The notes below the pieces were generated by a model. The model was given only the letters and a program-made list of their open reading frames with translations, searched no databases and was not told the DNA's origin. The position numbers and the translations under genes were made by a program. From a virus (Duplodnaviria > Caudoviricetes), in the IMG/VR virus record IMGVR_UViG_3300007734_000720, positions 1 through 51,071 of that record: a stretch of 51,071 nt of DNA; one strand, written 5' to 3'. This document shows, in pieces, positions 35,784 through 46,306 of this stretch (position 1 is the first letter of the stretch; each line of letters starts with the position of its first letter).

Positions 35784-36142
35784 AACAATATAAGTTCAAT
35801 CAAATATTCGCAGTCCGTCCCCGTGTAAAAGGCAGACCAAGAGTCACTAAAACTGGTCATGCTTACACACCTGCCACTACTCGTGAGTACGAAAACAAAA
35901 TCAAAGCAATGTATACCGGACCACTCTTCGAGAAAGGTCTGCTATCTGTAAAACTTCGCTTCACAGTTGATGGAATAGAAGTCCAAATAGAACCAGTCAT
36001 GCATAATCCACTCGTAGAAGGCACCCTCAGCAAACTCACAGGAGACCTAGATAATTATGCCAAAGCAGTACTTGACGCCCTAAATGGTGTAGCGTACACA
36101 GATGACAAACAAATCGTTTGTCTGTATGTGGAGAAAGCATGA
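35780..36142 (+). CDS. rusA: RusA Holliday junction resolvase
   Basis: KGRPRV...YTP...DLDNYAKAVLDALNGVAYTDDKQI. Confidence 0.93.
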   Translation: MKQYKFNQIFAVRPRVKGRPRVTKTGHAYTPATTREYENKIKAMYTGPLFEKGLLSVKLRFTVDGIEVQIEPVMHNPLVEGTLSKLTGDLDNYAKAVLDALNGVAYTDDKQIVCLYVEKA

Positions 36143-36315
36143 TTTACTCAATCAAATGCCGACAATGTGCGGTAACAATCAAACACGACCCATTCAATCT
36201 AAGAAGTTGTAACTGCGACCCCGACGCAACGTCGTGGGTCGCCATCGCTAAAGATGGTAGGCTCATAAAAATGTCAGGCTCAAACATAGAGATATTGGAT
36301 GAAACACGAGAATGA
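36139..36315 (+). CDS. Small Zn-binding protein (58 aa)
   Basis: ATGA overlap; IKCRQC...CNC. Confidence 0.7.
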   Translation: MIYSIKCRQCAVTIKHDPFNLRSCNCDPDATSWVAIAKDGRLIKMSGSNIEILDETRE

Positions 36316-36755
36316 AAGACAACCGATGGGACATTCCAGCAACACAACAATACAACTTCAAGAATGATTTACAGTTCGGCAAAAAAGGTGAGCAAATAAC
36401 TAAAGACTTTCTTGAAGCAATATCCAAAGGTTCCTTTGAAGTAAAAACTGACCGTTATCGCAATGGTCGGATGGTTGTAGAAACACAACAAAACCCCCGT
36501 GACACAGGCTGGAAACCATCAGGTGTAGATGTCACACTCGCTGACTGGTGGGTTTATGTATACGCACTTGACGGAAGCCTTATGGTCATTAAGGTGGAAC
36601 GATTAAAGAGATATATACAGACATTATCCGGCAAACGTCTAAAGACGTTTGCCCCAATGTCCAACAATCCAACCAAGGGGTTTCTCCTACTACCAGAAGA
36701 AGTAATGAATATGATGACCAATCCAATCTACGATATGCCAGGTGCCGAGCAATAA
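36312..36755 (+). CDS. PD-(D/E)XK-like nuclease-fold protein
   Basis: DL.FG..GE...EVKTD...VVE...KPSG...T.ADWWVY. Confidence 0.7.
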   Translation: MKDNRWDIPATQQYNFKNDLQFGKKGEQITKDFLEAISKGSFEVKTDRYRNGRMVVETQQNPRDTGWKPSGVDVTLADWWVYVYALDGSLMVIKVERLKRYIQTLSGKRLKTFAPMSNNPTKGFLLLPEEVMNMMTNPIYDMPGAEQ

Positions 36756-37131
36756 GGAAGTCCCTCTTACTCCATACCACGAAGTAACTATCCGTGGTCC
36801 TAGGAGGCCAGAAACGCCCACCGAGGCGTTGATGCAGGCTGCCCCAGGTGAAAACATCAGAGAGTCGGTAGAAGAACTACAGCCCTTCCGTGAAGCTGTT
36901 GCCAGTTGTATTGACCAACTCAATGAACAAGACAGATTTATTATTGACGCAGTAAATACAGAAATGATTTCGTTAGAAGAACTAGGTGAAAGATTGGGGG
37001 TAACTAAAACTCATGCTTGGAGACTAAGAAACTCCGCAATGGATAACCTTAAAAAAATTATGTTACAGGACCCCACGGTGCTAGAAAGATTAAGAAACAA
37101 TGATGAGACGACAGATTACGGTGGGATTTGA
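36742..37131 (+). CDS. Stand-alone sigma-70 region 4 HTH protein
   Basis: LNEQDRFII...SLEELGERLGVTKTHAWRLRNSAMDNLK; too short to contain region 2. Confidence 0.8.
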   Translation: MPSNKEVPLTPYHEVTIRGPRRPETPTEALMQAAPGENIRESVEELQPFREAVASCIDQLNEQDRFIIDAVNTEMISLEELGERLGVTKTHAWRLRNSAMDNLKKIMLQDPTVLERLRNNDETTDYGGI

Positions 37132-37297
37132 TAATGAAATTGACGTACATGAAGTGGCGCAAGTACTTAAAAAGTTCTTTGGCGAAACACTCGTCGGTCA
37201 AGGAATACTCGAAAACGGACTCCCTCAAGGATGTCTTTACATCACCAACCCAAAACGAAAGAAGAAGTATGTCGAACGACCACAACTGGATTCATGA
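37100..37297 (+). CDS. Hypothetical protein (65 aa)
   Basis: Overlaps both neighbours in operon. Confidence 0.55.
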   Translation: MMRRQITVGFDNEIDVHEVAQVLKKFFGETLVGQGILENGLPQGCLYITNPKRKKKYVERPQLDS

Positions 37298-37562
37298 CAT
37301 CATCCCTCGCAGTCAAATAGATGCAATGAATAAAAACGGGGATGCAATGATTGACAACATGAAAAATGGTGTCAATCTTATGATTAGTGCGTCTAATCAA
37401 TCAGCCATAGAACTATGCAAAGCATGGGAACTCACAAGAAACGGAGATGAAGATGGCTTCGGAGCCATCGCATATTTCATCAATGGTCTAGTGTCAGCCC
37501 TAGAAATGTATCTAGAAGATGAGAACATCAACCCATACGGGGAACAAAATGAAACCGATTAA
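37269..37562 (+). CDS. Hypothetical protein (97 aa)
   Basis: Likely start MSNDHNW at 37269. Confidence 0.65.
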   Translation: MSNDHNWIHDIIPRSQIDAMNKNGDAMIDNMKNGVNLMISASNQSAIELCKAWELTRNGDEDGFGAIAYFINGLVSALEMYLEDENINPYGEQNETD

Positions 37563-37872
37563 GTGCAACTGGGACTTAGTCAGCCTTCACTGGCTAGACG
37601 CTTTCGATGGAGAAAACGGCTGGACAGAAACAAAAGACTACAAACCATACAGACGTACCGTCGTTACAGTCGGGTGGCTTTGGCCCAACTGCCTAGAAGG
37701 ACACGTCACGCTTGTGACTTCCTACTTCCCAGATGAAGTGCCCAACCTAAAAACAGTTGGTATGCCAACACACATTCCTAACGGAATGATTATCAGTCAA
37801 ACTATTCTGAAGCAGGCTTCAATTCTTCTGCCACCGGAAGAACTAACTTTGCAAAAGCCTCCCGCACTTTAG
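37549..37872 (+). CDS. Hypothetical phage protein (SH3-like W.DA...TVGWL family)
   Basis: LVSLHWLDA...TVGWL...IP.GMI; start likely 37549. Confidence 0.7.
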   Translation: MKPIKCNWDLVSLHWLDAFDGENGWTETKDYKPYRRTVVTVGWLWPNCLEGHVTLVTSYFPDEVPNLKTVGMPTHIPNGMIISQTILKQASILLPPEELTLQKPPAL

Positions 37873-38320
37873 CAGGACTATCCGCCATCTCTGGCGAAAT
37901 TTCCGCATGGAGCCAATCGCCCTTGGGGGCTCCGTGAATTGTTTCCTTCTTGTAGTTTGACCAAGCATCTCTGTCGCACATCCATGCACGTCCCCACGGT
38001 GCGGGAAAATAATCAAACAATGCTTCCAGACCCAACAAGTCTGCGTTCTCCACCAACAACTTACACATTCTCACAGCCTCTCGGCGTCCATTAGGGACGC
38101 CTTTGCCCTTGCCCATGTTGCGGTAAGAAAAATCCACAGCCCTACCTGTTGCGTGAACGCTCATAGAAGTTTCAGAACCCCTCATCATCCTCACACCAAA
38201 ATCGCCGTTATTCCAAAAAGCACCATTACCAAGTTTAATTACTTCTTCAATAAACACTTTCATACCTGGGCGCAAGCCTTTGGCTGCGCCATCTTTGTTC
38301 CCCGTGTATTGCCGTTTCAT
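37802..38320 (-). CDS. Endolysin, M15-like Zn peptidase
   Basis: SVHATGRAVD (SxHxxGxAxD) and DWLHAE; last gene of the late operon. Confidence 0.85.
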   Translation of the reverse strand: MKRQYTGNKDGAAKGLRPGMKVFIEEVIKLGNGAFWNNGDFGVRMMRGSETSMSVHATGRAVDFSYRNMGKGKGVPNGRREAVRMCKLLVENADLLGLEALFDYFPAPWGRAWMCDRDAWSNYKKETIHGAPKGDWLHAEISPEMADSPAKVREAFAKLVLPVAEELKPASE

Positions 38321-41300
38321 TATTTCTCCTTGGTTTGATATGTACGAACTGGTGAACCCACAAAAGACAACCAGGCATTCTTAGCAGCATCTCCCTCGCT
38401 ACCAATCAGCCTGTCACCCATCTGTACTGGTGGCACAAATCCCTTCAATATATGAATGAGTCGTTCCTTTGGGTCATCCAAAGTATTGCCAGTAAACACA
38501 GACTTACCCAAAAACTGCTCCAACGGAATCTTCAACAATGGGTTCATGTTGTTGGTATACCGAAGAGGACTAAACAACTCACCCAACTGTTGTGGCGTCC
38601 TAGTAAAACCTAAGTCCGGAGCAAGATAAAGATTGTCACCAAATGGCAATTTAATACCACCAATCTCTCGTACAAATGGGGATGGGTATTCAGATGGTTC
38701 GTAATTAGGGTCACGCATGTTTCTCATAATCGAACGGTAAATCTGATACGGCTTGGGATTCAACCATTGGTTCTGCAATTCAAATATCAAGTTGCGTGAC
38801 GTCCAAAGCCAAAATGGAACAACCTGTCGCATAACCTCATCAACTTGACTCAAGTCCTCATAGTCAAAAAACGCACGTTTAGTTCTGGCTTGTGCCATAC
38901 CAACATCCATTCCGCTCTTGGCGGAATCAAATCCAAGAACAAATCGACTGTAGTTGTCAGACTCTTGACCCCACTTGGCATTGAATCGCACAAGCTTGTT
39001 ATCCCACAAACGTGAACCACCAACAGCATCCTTAAAGTCTTCAGTAAAAATTCCACCTCCAGAGCCAAACATTGACTTTCGTGCAGTGCGCAGCACTTCA
39101 CGAACTTCAAAAGGCTTAGTTAAAACCCAATCCTCAAACTGCATTCCAGCCCTAGAAGACTTCATCCAATCAATGTACAAGGGGGTGGCTTCCATCATGT
39201 TCTTAAACTCAGCACCCATGAACACAAGTTTCACAGCGTTGGCCAATCCGTTACGCACGTGAAAACCAGGAGTCATAGTCGCATAAGCCTTAAAAAACTT
39301 TGTGTAACTACCTACATATTTGTGCATCTGCCTCAAATATTCAGGGTCATCAAATCGCTTCGCTCTATTCCACAATTCAGCAAACTCAGGTGAACCAGCA
39401 AGACCAGGATAAATACCATAATCACCTTTAACGCCCTCAGCACCATAAATACCCTTACTTAAATACTGCCAACCTTCTTCAAGGTCAGGAAAGAACTTAC
39501 GAACATTACTAGAAGCAAACTGACCAACCTGTTGACCAGCTGCATTATTAACACGACCAGACTTCTCCAAAGTATAAATAGAGTTCTGCAATCCCGCCAT
39601 AAGACGCTGCTCAACTTCAGTATTACCAAGAACAGCTACAGCAGCCTCGTACTCTGCCTGCAATTGAATTTGCCTTTGTGCAATATTCTCCAAATGAGAA
39701 AACCCAGGACCACGAGTGCCAAAAGTACGAAGCATCTCAATACCTTCATCTAAAGTCTTAACACCCTGATTATAAGAACGAGCAGAAAAAGATGTACCAG
39801 CAACACGAGTACGCACAGTAGTGCGACCAGAAGGAACAGGCCTTGATTGATTGTAGTACTTACCATCAATCTTGCTCTTAACACGAGAAGTCTTATTCAC
39901 ACGAACTGTGGGGTCAAAAGCAACGCCACGTTGCGTACTATTAATCATGTCCCGGACTTCCAACAAACGGTCTTCAAGTTTCTTAATAGCAACAGGGTCA
40001 TGTGGTTGTACCAAACCCTTAACGGAATCAAACTGAGCCTGCAAATCAGTTACAAGGTTTTGAGCCTTGGTATTCGCAGAACGTGCAGCAGCACGAGCCT
40101 TCTCCGTTGACGCATTAGATGCGTCAACAGTAACAGAAATAGATTCCAAGTCAGACTGCAAACGAGCAATAGCCTCTTCACTAGCAGTCATCGGCTTTGG
40201 GGGTGGAACAACAGTCAAAGACTCGGGAAGACGTGGAACAAGACCCAACAGGTCTGGAGAATCAACAGTCTGAATAACACCACCAAAATTGTTAGCAACC
40301 TCACTAGTAAAACCATACTCAGATGTAGAACGAGCCCACTGTTCATCACCGTACTCAACAGTCTTCAACCAACGAACAGGAGAAGTCTCATCAAAAGGAT
40401 TCTGATACACAGCAAGATAACCGAGTGCCTCCCTATTAGCCTTAGTAGCCGCAGCATCATTGACCACAAACGTTGCCTTCATATCGTCAGGAGTAATAGG
40501 ACGCCATCGAACCTCCACCCAACGACCGTTAGTCTGTCGAGCGCGAGCAAATCGTGCTCGCGGGTTCATAAGAGTCATGTCTTCTTTACGTAAAAATAAA
40601 CGACCAGAAGAAGTACCATCGTCGTATCGACGATAAGTACCAACATCAGAGGGTCGAACATCAGGGACCATAACAACCTGATTAGTCGCGGGGTCTATAA
40701 CATTCTGACCCTTAACCTTCTTTGGCTTCATCCTAAGTTCAAGAGAAACAGGCAAACCATTCGAAGATGCAGACTTCCGCTGAATACCAAGAGCATCCTC
40801 ACGAACCCTAATCATCTGCCTAATACCATCGGACTTAATCTCAGTAGTCTCAACACCCATACTTCGCATTTGTTTAAGGGTCTCAATCTCGTGCAACAAC
40901 TGCTCACGCGACTTTTGCTCAAAAGGAGTATGAACAATTATATTGTCAACATCATCAGCAAAACGTTTTGCATTTGCCAATTCAACTTGAAACTTGTAAC
41001 TCACTGCTTCATCGGGATTCGTGCCAGTAAACTCATATCCAAGTCTGGCTCGAAGTTTGTCTAAACCTCTAGAATCAACAGGGCCTTCAGGACCCACAAC
41101 AACAACATCATTGATGGCAGCATCAACCTCGGTACCAAAACTCCGACGTTCCGTCTCAACCGATGCAGCCAACTCCTCTAAATTATTTTTCTTAAGTTCG
41201 GCCTGAATAATAGACAATTTAGAAAAAGCATCATCAAGAACGGTAGGTGTGTAAACAGCATCTACGGTTGCTTGTCTAACCTCACCACGCAAGTTCGCTT

Positions 41301-44300
41301 GCTCCGACTTAAGTACATCAATATTTCCTACAATAACCTTTTGAGCATCAGCAATCTGAACAGGAGTAGCAGACTTAACACCATTACCAAGAACAGCAGC
41401 AGCAAGTTCTTCTTGTCTCTTAAGAAGAATACGTTCGCCAGAACTACCCCAAAACTTTTCAATAATACTCCGATTAGCAGATGCAGTATCATGACTCGCA
41501 ATCAAAACACCACTAAGAGCATCTTGCTGTCGAAGATAATCAACCAAATAATGCAAAGAACGCTCGTAAGATATTTTGTCAACACCATCACGAACCAGCA
41601 TCTCAGGATTAGTAATACGCAAAACTGCTTCCGTATGCGCCCAATCAGTAATAGAGGTAACAATCTGACCAACCTCTTCATGTTGAACAAAAATGTTTCT
41701 CCAAAACTTAGCCGAAGGAATCGTCAAAGGAACATCTCCACCAAGAGACTGCGCAGCACGCAAAGTAGGTGGAGCCACGCGACCGCCAAAAGTCCAATCA
41801 ACATTGTGTCCATTTAATTCGGAAAGGATAATCAAAGAAGCACTACGATTATGAGCAGACTTAGCCAAAGAATACTCAGGAGACTGCATCAAAATATTAA
41901 GGTCATTCTGTGCCTGAGCAACAGGAATAACAGGCTCAGGAAGCCTCTTGCCAACAGGTGTAGGAACAGAACGCACACGAACACTCTCATTCAAACGCAC
42001 AGCCAAATCATTGGAAATCTTTTCCAAATCAGCAATCTCCATCTCAACGCGAACGCCATCATCAACATACTTACCAAAATCACGACCTTTAGAAATCAAA
42101 GTAACATTCTTCTTAAAAATATCCTGCGTAATCGAATCACCCAAATCAACTCCATAGTAAGCAAACACTTCTCGCAAGTGTGCTAACTCAATTGATGTCT
42201 TTTGTTGTGCAACCAAAACACGAACCTTCAACAAAGACTCTGTATAATCGGAAGAACGAGTAATACTATTCTTAACCAAGTCAAGAGCAATCTGATAATC
42301 ATCAGAAAGCTTGGCAGCACGAGCTGCCAAACGAGGGGAAACAGAAGCACGAGCTGCAGCGGCCTTAGAAGCCTTCTCTAAAGCAGAAACCTCAGCAGTA
42401 GTAGGAACACGCTGAGCAGGACGCTTGGCAGTAGCCACAACATCATTGAGTATCTCATCAATCTTGTCAGCCATGCCCGGAAAACGTTCCTTCAAGTGAA
42501 CACGCAAAGACTCAACCACAGGAGACAAGGTAGCAATGTCACGAGAACCAGTCTCACCCAAACGAGCCACAACACTGTCAATCTGTTCCAAACTATGTAC
42601 AGCCTTTGTCGGAATGACAGGTTGACCAACACCCAACTTCCTGACAACATTAATAACTTCTGCGTAAAGACTATCTTTCGACAAAGCAGAAAAATTAGCA
42701 AGAGGAGAAAGATATGCAGAAACATCCATAAGTTGTTCCTGTGAACGTGCATGAAAAGCAGCGTCCTCTGTGTACTTCTCAAACTTCGTAAGAAACTCAG
42801 CAACAGCCTGATTGTGCTCAGGTGATGACTCAGCAGCACGAAGAGCAAGACCTTCTTCGGAAAGGTCTTTGAAACGCTTCTGTAAATTACCAGACTCAAC
42901 AGCATGTTTAGCGTAAACAGTAAAACCATCTGTGTCTGGCAACATGCCAGCAATAACACCATCAGCACGTACCATTTCAGCATGCTTCATCGCGGCATCA
43001 GCCATCGCTGTATTCAGATAACCCAACAGCTCAGCAACATCTGCTTCACTCACAGCGGGATTCTTGAGTGCAATCAAAGCAGCATCCATACTGCCATACT
43101 TCAATTCAAGCTGTGACTTCAAAACATCAAGAGCTTCTCGTAAACCAGAATGCAAATTCTGAATAGCAGTCAAAACCGCCTCAAACGCATGAGCAGAATT
43201 CTTGTGCATCTGTTTTATATATTCAGGTGCAATACCAAAATAACCTTCAACTAATTTCACAAACTCAGGAGTCTTTTTAAACTCATTCATCATGGCAACA
43301 TTAGACATCATGTTTGCATGACCACGAATATAAGCAGGAACAATATTCCTCATGTCAGTATCAAAAGCATCAAAAACAGGACGACCCTGACTACGCAACC
43401 AAGTATTGACAATTTCATTCAAATTGTCAATAGTCAAATCTTCTTGTCTAAGAATTGTATTAAAGAATGAAGAACCCTCCTTTAAACCACGTTGCCTAAA
43501 GTTACCAACAATGTGCAATGCGCTGCCATCATCCGGCAACAAACCAGCCATAGCGGGATTAGTCCTAACTTCGTCCATCAACTCAACAAACTGCGGAGTA
43601 GAGTTATGCGGTAAATAACCTTTCTGATAACCAATAACATGGTCGGGAACAACAGTCTGCCATGCTTCATCAGTAACCTGATGAAGCTCTTCCATAACAG
43701 TACGAAACCGTTGAGCCAAATCCAAATGCTCAGGAGAAAGACCAAGTTGCGCAGCCTTGTCAATCATCGCCTGACCACTCTCAACATTGTCTAACAAATG
43801 TCGAACAGGGTTATTCTCTGGCTTCATAACCTCTTCACGCAACTGACCCAAACGCTGAACAGCTGCAAAATCTGCTTCGGAAAAACCAATACGACGAATA
43901 TCATCGGCATTCAAAATAACTCGTGCAAGCTGTGCCTGCTCATCTGACAAAGAACCATTAGCCAAAGCAACACGATACTTCTTAATAGTACCTTCACCAA
44001 AGTACTCAATAGCACCAACACCACGAGGTGTTATCGCACGATGCAAAGCATCAATACCCTTAGTCTGAACAAAACCAAGACGAGTACGAGTGATACCACG
44101 CTCAAGAAACTTACCAACTACATCACTACCGGGAACTTTAACACGACTCCCAAAATAATAAACACCAGGTCCCTTAATACCAAGTTCCTTGGCAATAATG
44201 TCTGGAACATTTTGTTTACCCTGCAAAGCAATATTGCGATACGCAGATGCTATTTCTTCTTTGGAAAAATTAGCAAGACCAGTCTTGGTCATCCATTCCA

Positions 44301-45051
44301 TACGTTGCTGCGTAAAAACAGCAAGCTTCTCTCTACCCTCACGACCAATAACACTCTTTGCAGCAGCACGACCAGAACCCTTAACACCAAACAAAGCCCT
44401 GCGAGCAGAAGTCTCATAAAGGTCTTCACCCAACTTAGTAACACCAACCTTGGCTAACTGTTCAGCAGAAGCCTTCTCAACACCACCCTCAATCAAATGA
44501 GAAAGTTGAGAACCAGACAATCTAATAGTACCTTTAGCGGCAATTGTGCCACCCAAAGTAGCCCAAGTCAAAGGGTCTAATGCAACATCTCCAACTAAAC
44601 CAACAATACGACCAGCCCAACCCTTCATTGGAAACGCCTTGCCAAAACCATAATCAAACTGTTTTGTCTGATTCAAAAAATCCCCAAACGAAGCTTTCGT
44701 ATTAGGGTCACTATCCATTGTGTCAACAATTTCACGAATACCAGAAATCACAGCACGACGTGGTGTATCAAGAATCTGTAAAGGCATAAGCAAATGCTTT
44801 AACGCACTTGCATCAGCACTAGGCTTGGGTAAAGATGGCAAAGACTTCTTTATGTAAGGATTAGCATCCAATTGTGCAAGCAAATTAGATGTCTGACCTT
44901 GAGACGCAAGAGGAGAACTCTTGGTCAACCAAGAAACGTCGGGCTGCACAGCAGCACGACGCTTAACAGACAACTGAGACACTGGGTCTTTTGCAGCAAT
45001 TGCATCCAATTGTGCAACAATGTCAATCGGCTTTCCTGCAGGGTTAGCCAT
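38320..45051 (-). CDS. Large internal virion (DNA ejection) protein, copy B (2243 aa)
   Basis: GLVGDVALDPLTW N-region and PGFHVRN...FDY...VPFW C-region typical of podoviral giant core proteins. Confidence 0.8.
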   Translation of the reverse strand: MANPAGKPIDIVAQLDAIAAKDPVSQLSVKRRAAVQPDVSWLTKSSPLASQGQTSNLLAQLDANPYIKKSLPSLPKPSADASALKHLLMPLQILDTPRRAVISGIREIVDTMDSDPNTKASFGDFLNQTKQFDYGFGKAFPMKGWAGRIVGLVGDVALDPLTWATLGGTIAAKGTIRLSGSQLSHLIEGGVEKASAEQLAKVGVTKLGEDLYETSARRALFGVKGSGRAAAKSVIGREGREKLAVFTQQRMEWMTKTGLANFSKEEIASAYRNIALQGKQNVPDIIAKELGIKGPGVYYFGSRVKVPGSDVVGKFLERGITRTRLGFVQTKGIDALHRAITPRGVGAIEYFGEGTIKKYRVALANGSLSDEQAQLARVILNADDIRRIGFSEADFAAVQRLGQLREEVMKPENNPVRHLLDNVESGQAMIDKAAQLGLSPEHLDLAQRFRTVMEELHQVTDEAWQTVVPDHVIGYQKGYLPHNSTPQFVELMDEVRTNPAMAGLLPDDGSALHIVGNFRQRGLKEGSSFFNTILRQEDLTIDNLNEIVNTWLRSQGRPVFDAFDTDMRNIVPAYIRGHANMMSNVAMMNEFKKTPEFVKLVEGYFGIAPEYIKQMHKNSAHAFEAVLTAIQNLHSGLREALDVLKSQLELKYGSMDAALIALKNPAVSEADVAELLGYLNTAMADAAMKHAEMVRADGVIAGMLPDTDGFTVYAKHAVESGNLQKRFKDLSEEGLALRAAESSPEHNQAVAEFLTKFEKYTEDAAFHARSQEQLMDVSAYLSPLANFSALSKDSLYAEVINVVRKLGVGQPVIPTKAVHSLEQIDSVVARLGETGSRDIATLSPVVESLRVHLKERFPGMADKIDEILNDVVATAKRPAQRVPTTAEVSALEKASKAAAARASVSPRLAARAAKLSDDYQIALDLVKNSITRSSDYTESLLKVRVLVAQQKTSIELAHLREVFAYYGVDLGDSITQDIFKKNVTLISKGRDFGKYVDDGVRVEMEIADLEKISNDLAVRLNESVRVRSVPTPVGKRLPEPVIPVAQAQNDLNILMQSPEYSLAKSAHNRSASLIILSELNGHNVDWTFGGRVAPPTLRAAQSLGGDVPLTIPSAKFWRNIFVQHEEVGQIVTSITDWAHTEAVLRITNPEMLVRDGVDKISYERSLHYLVDYLRQQDALSGVLIASHDTASANRSIIEKFWGSSGERILLKRQEELAAAVLGNGVKSATPVQIADAQKVIVGNIDVLKSEQANLRGEVRQATVDAVYTPTVLDDAFSKLSIIQAELKKNNLEELAASVETERRSFGTEVDAAINDVVVVGPEGPVDSRGLDKLRARLGYEFTGTNPDEAVSYKFQVELANAKRFADDVDNIIVHTPFEQKSREQLLHEIETLKQMRSMGVETTEIKSDGIRQMIRVREDALGIQRKSASSNGLPVSLELRMKPKKVKGQNVIDPATNQVVMVPDVRPSDVGTYRRYDDGTSSGRLFLRKEDMTLMNPRARFARARQTNGRWVEVRWRPITPDDMKATFVVNDAAATKANREALGYLAVYQNPFDETSPVRWLKTVEYGDEQWARSTSEYGFTSEVANNFGGVIQTVDSPDLLGLVPRLPESLTVVPPPKPMTASEEAIARLQSDLESISVTVDASNASTEKARAAARSANTKAQNLVTDLQAQFDSVKGLVQPHDPVAIKKLEDRLLEVRDMINSTQRGVAFDPTVRVNKTSRVKSKIDGKYYNQSRPVPSGRTTVRTRVAGTSFSARSYNQGVKTLDEGIEMLRTFGTRGPGFSHLENIAQRQIQLQAEYEAAVAVLGNTEVEQRLMAGLQNSIYTLEKSGRVNNAAGQQVGQFASSNVRKFFPDLEEGWQYLSKGIYGAEGVKGDYGIYPGLAGSPEFAELWNRAKRFDDPEYLRQMHKYVGSYTKFFKAYATMTPGFHVRNGLANAVKLVFMGAEFKNMMEATPLYIDWMKSSRAGMQFEDWVLTKPFEVREVLRTARKSMFGSGGGIFTEDFKDAVGGSRLWDNKLVRFNAKWGQESDNYSRFVLGFDSAKSGMDVGMAQARTKRAFFDYEDLSQVDEVMRQVVPFWLWTSRNLIFELQNQWLNPKPYQIYRSIMRNMRDPNYEPSEYPSPFVREIGGIKLPFGDNLYLAPDLGFTRTPQQLGELFSPLRYTNNMNPLLKIPLEQFLGKSVFTGNTLDDPKERLIHILKGFVPPVQMGDRLIGSEGDAAKNAWLSFVGSPVRTYQTKEK

Positions 45052-46285
45052 GCTTTGTTGAACGCTTCAACATAGCGTTTTTCATGATGTCAGTCTTCAA
45101 AGGAGTAACACCCTGCTGTGCCAAAGAAGCAAGAACTTGTGCAGCAAGTTCTGCTGCTTGACGCTGTGTAGTAACAGCACTGCCCTGTTTGCGGTCCATA
45201 TAAGCATTAATAGCGTTCGCATCCGAACGCCCAATAGCACTCGCCATCTTGTTCTCCATAGGAGCAGAACCTTGCAACTTAAGCAACTGCTGAGCGTCCT
45301 GCATAGCAGCACTACTCTGGTTACGAGGATTATTGGCACCAATAGAAGTTGCAACCCTATCCACCAATGGCTTAAAACCAAGCCATTGACTGAAAGGACG
45401 ACGAACAAGACTTTCCAACATAACAGTCGCAATATCGGGATTATCCGAACCCTTAGCAAATGGATTAAAAGTACTCCAAGTCGGCTTAGAACCGTTGAAC
45501 CAAGGAACACTCTTACCGTTAGCGTAAGAATAATTATCCCCAGCACCGCGAACCTTGGGATTCTCATACGAAACAACCATCTTGTCGGTCAATGGGTCAC
45601 GAGACCAAATCTGCTTACCCTTAACCTTTTCACGCTCCGTACTATCGCGTTTAGCCAAAGACTCATTATAAAGCATATTCAAAATCTTATCCTTATCAGT
45701 CTCAACAACAGGAGCACCATACTTTGCATCAACAGACTTGCGTCTAGCAACATCACTGGCAAGTTGAGCAGGAAGATTAGCAAGCAATTGGTCAAACTGC
45801 TTAGGAGCAAACTGATAAGCATCCGAAGCATAAGTCTGAGTACCATCTGGATTCATGTCAGTGTAAGAAGCATTGGCACCACGCATACCAGCCTTCTGAA
45901 ATACATCTTGTTGCAGACTCTGGTCAAGCATTGCTTTCTTAACGGTCTGTTGCTCAGTAGCCAAATCGTTGATAAACGATTTCCATTCTTCAGGACTCAT
46001 ACCTGACTGTTGTTGCAAGTTCTTGTCACGCCACAACTCCCAAGGAGCCTGACCCGACTTGATGCGAGCAGCAGCAATAGCATGGGGAGAAGTCTCACCA
46101 AGCGCAGCAGCAGACATAAAAGTAGGAGCAGTGCGCTCATACAATTGATTAATGTCAAACTGCGGAGCCTGCTGATAAGAACCATTCAAATATTGCATAA
46201 CAGGGTCCATCGTGTTCGATGAAAAGTCAGAACCGCCCTTGCTAGCAATCAATGCAGCAATCATGTCGCTATACGGGTCAGCCAT
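45044..46285 (-). CDS. Putative internal virion protein, copy B (413 aa)
   Basis: Homolog of 5575..6576 with a different central segment. Confidence 0.7.
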   Translation of the reverse strand: MADPYSDMIAALIASKGGSDFSSNTMDPVMQYLNGSYQQAPQFDINQLYERTAPTFMSAAALGETSPHAIAAARIKSGQAPWELWRDKNLQQQSGMSPEEWKSFINDLATEQQTVKKAMLDQSLQQDVFQKAGMRGANASYTDMNPDGTQTYASDAYQFAPKQFDQLLANLPAQLASDVARRKSVDAKYGAPVVETDKDKILNMLYNESLAKRDSTEREKVKGKQIWSRDPLTDKMVVSYENPKVRGAGDNYSYANGKSVPWFNGSKPTWSTFNPFAKGSDNPDIATVMLESLVRRPFSQWLGFKPLVDRVATSIGANNPRNQSSAAMQDAQQLLKLQGSAPMENKMASAIGRSDANAINAYMDRKQGSAVTTQRQAAELAAQVLASLAQQGVTPLKTDIMKNAMLKRSTKHG

Positions 46286-46306
46286 ACTAATTAGTCCTTT
46301 TGTTAC
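46286..46306 (-). promoter_or_regulatory. Putative late promoter box
   Basis: GTAAC-AAAAGGACT-AATTAGT-ATG (GGAAC in copy A). Confidence 0.6.

Noticed and set aside
40590-40630. TSSGRLF / TASGRLY in the giant protein as the T/DxxGR motif of a virion RNA polymerase
   Set aside because: No convincing motif A, motif B (RxxxKxxxxxxxYG) or motif C at suitable spacing; cannot be supported without structure prediction
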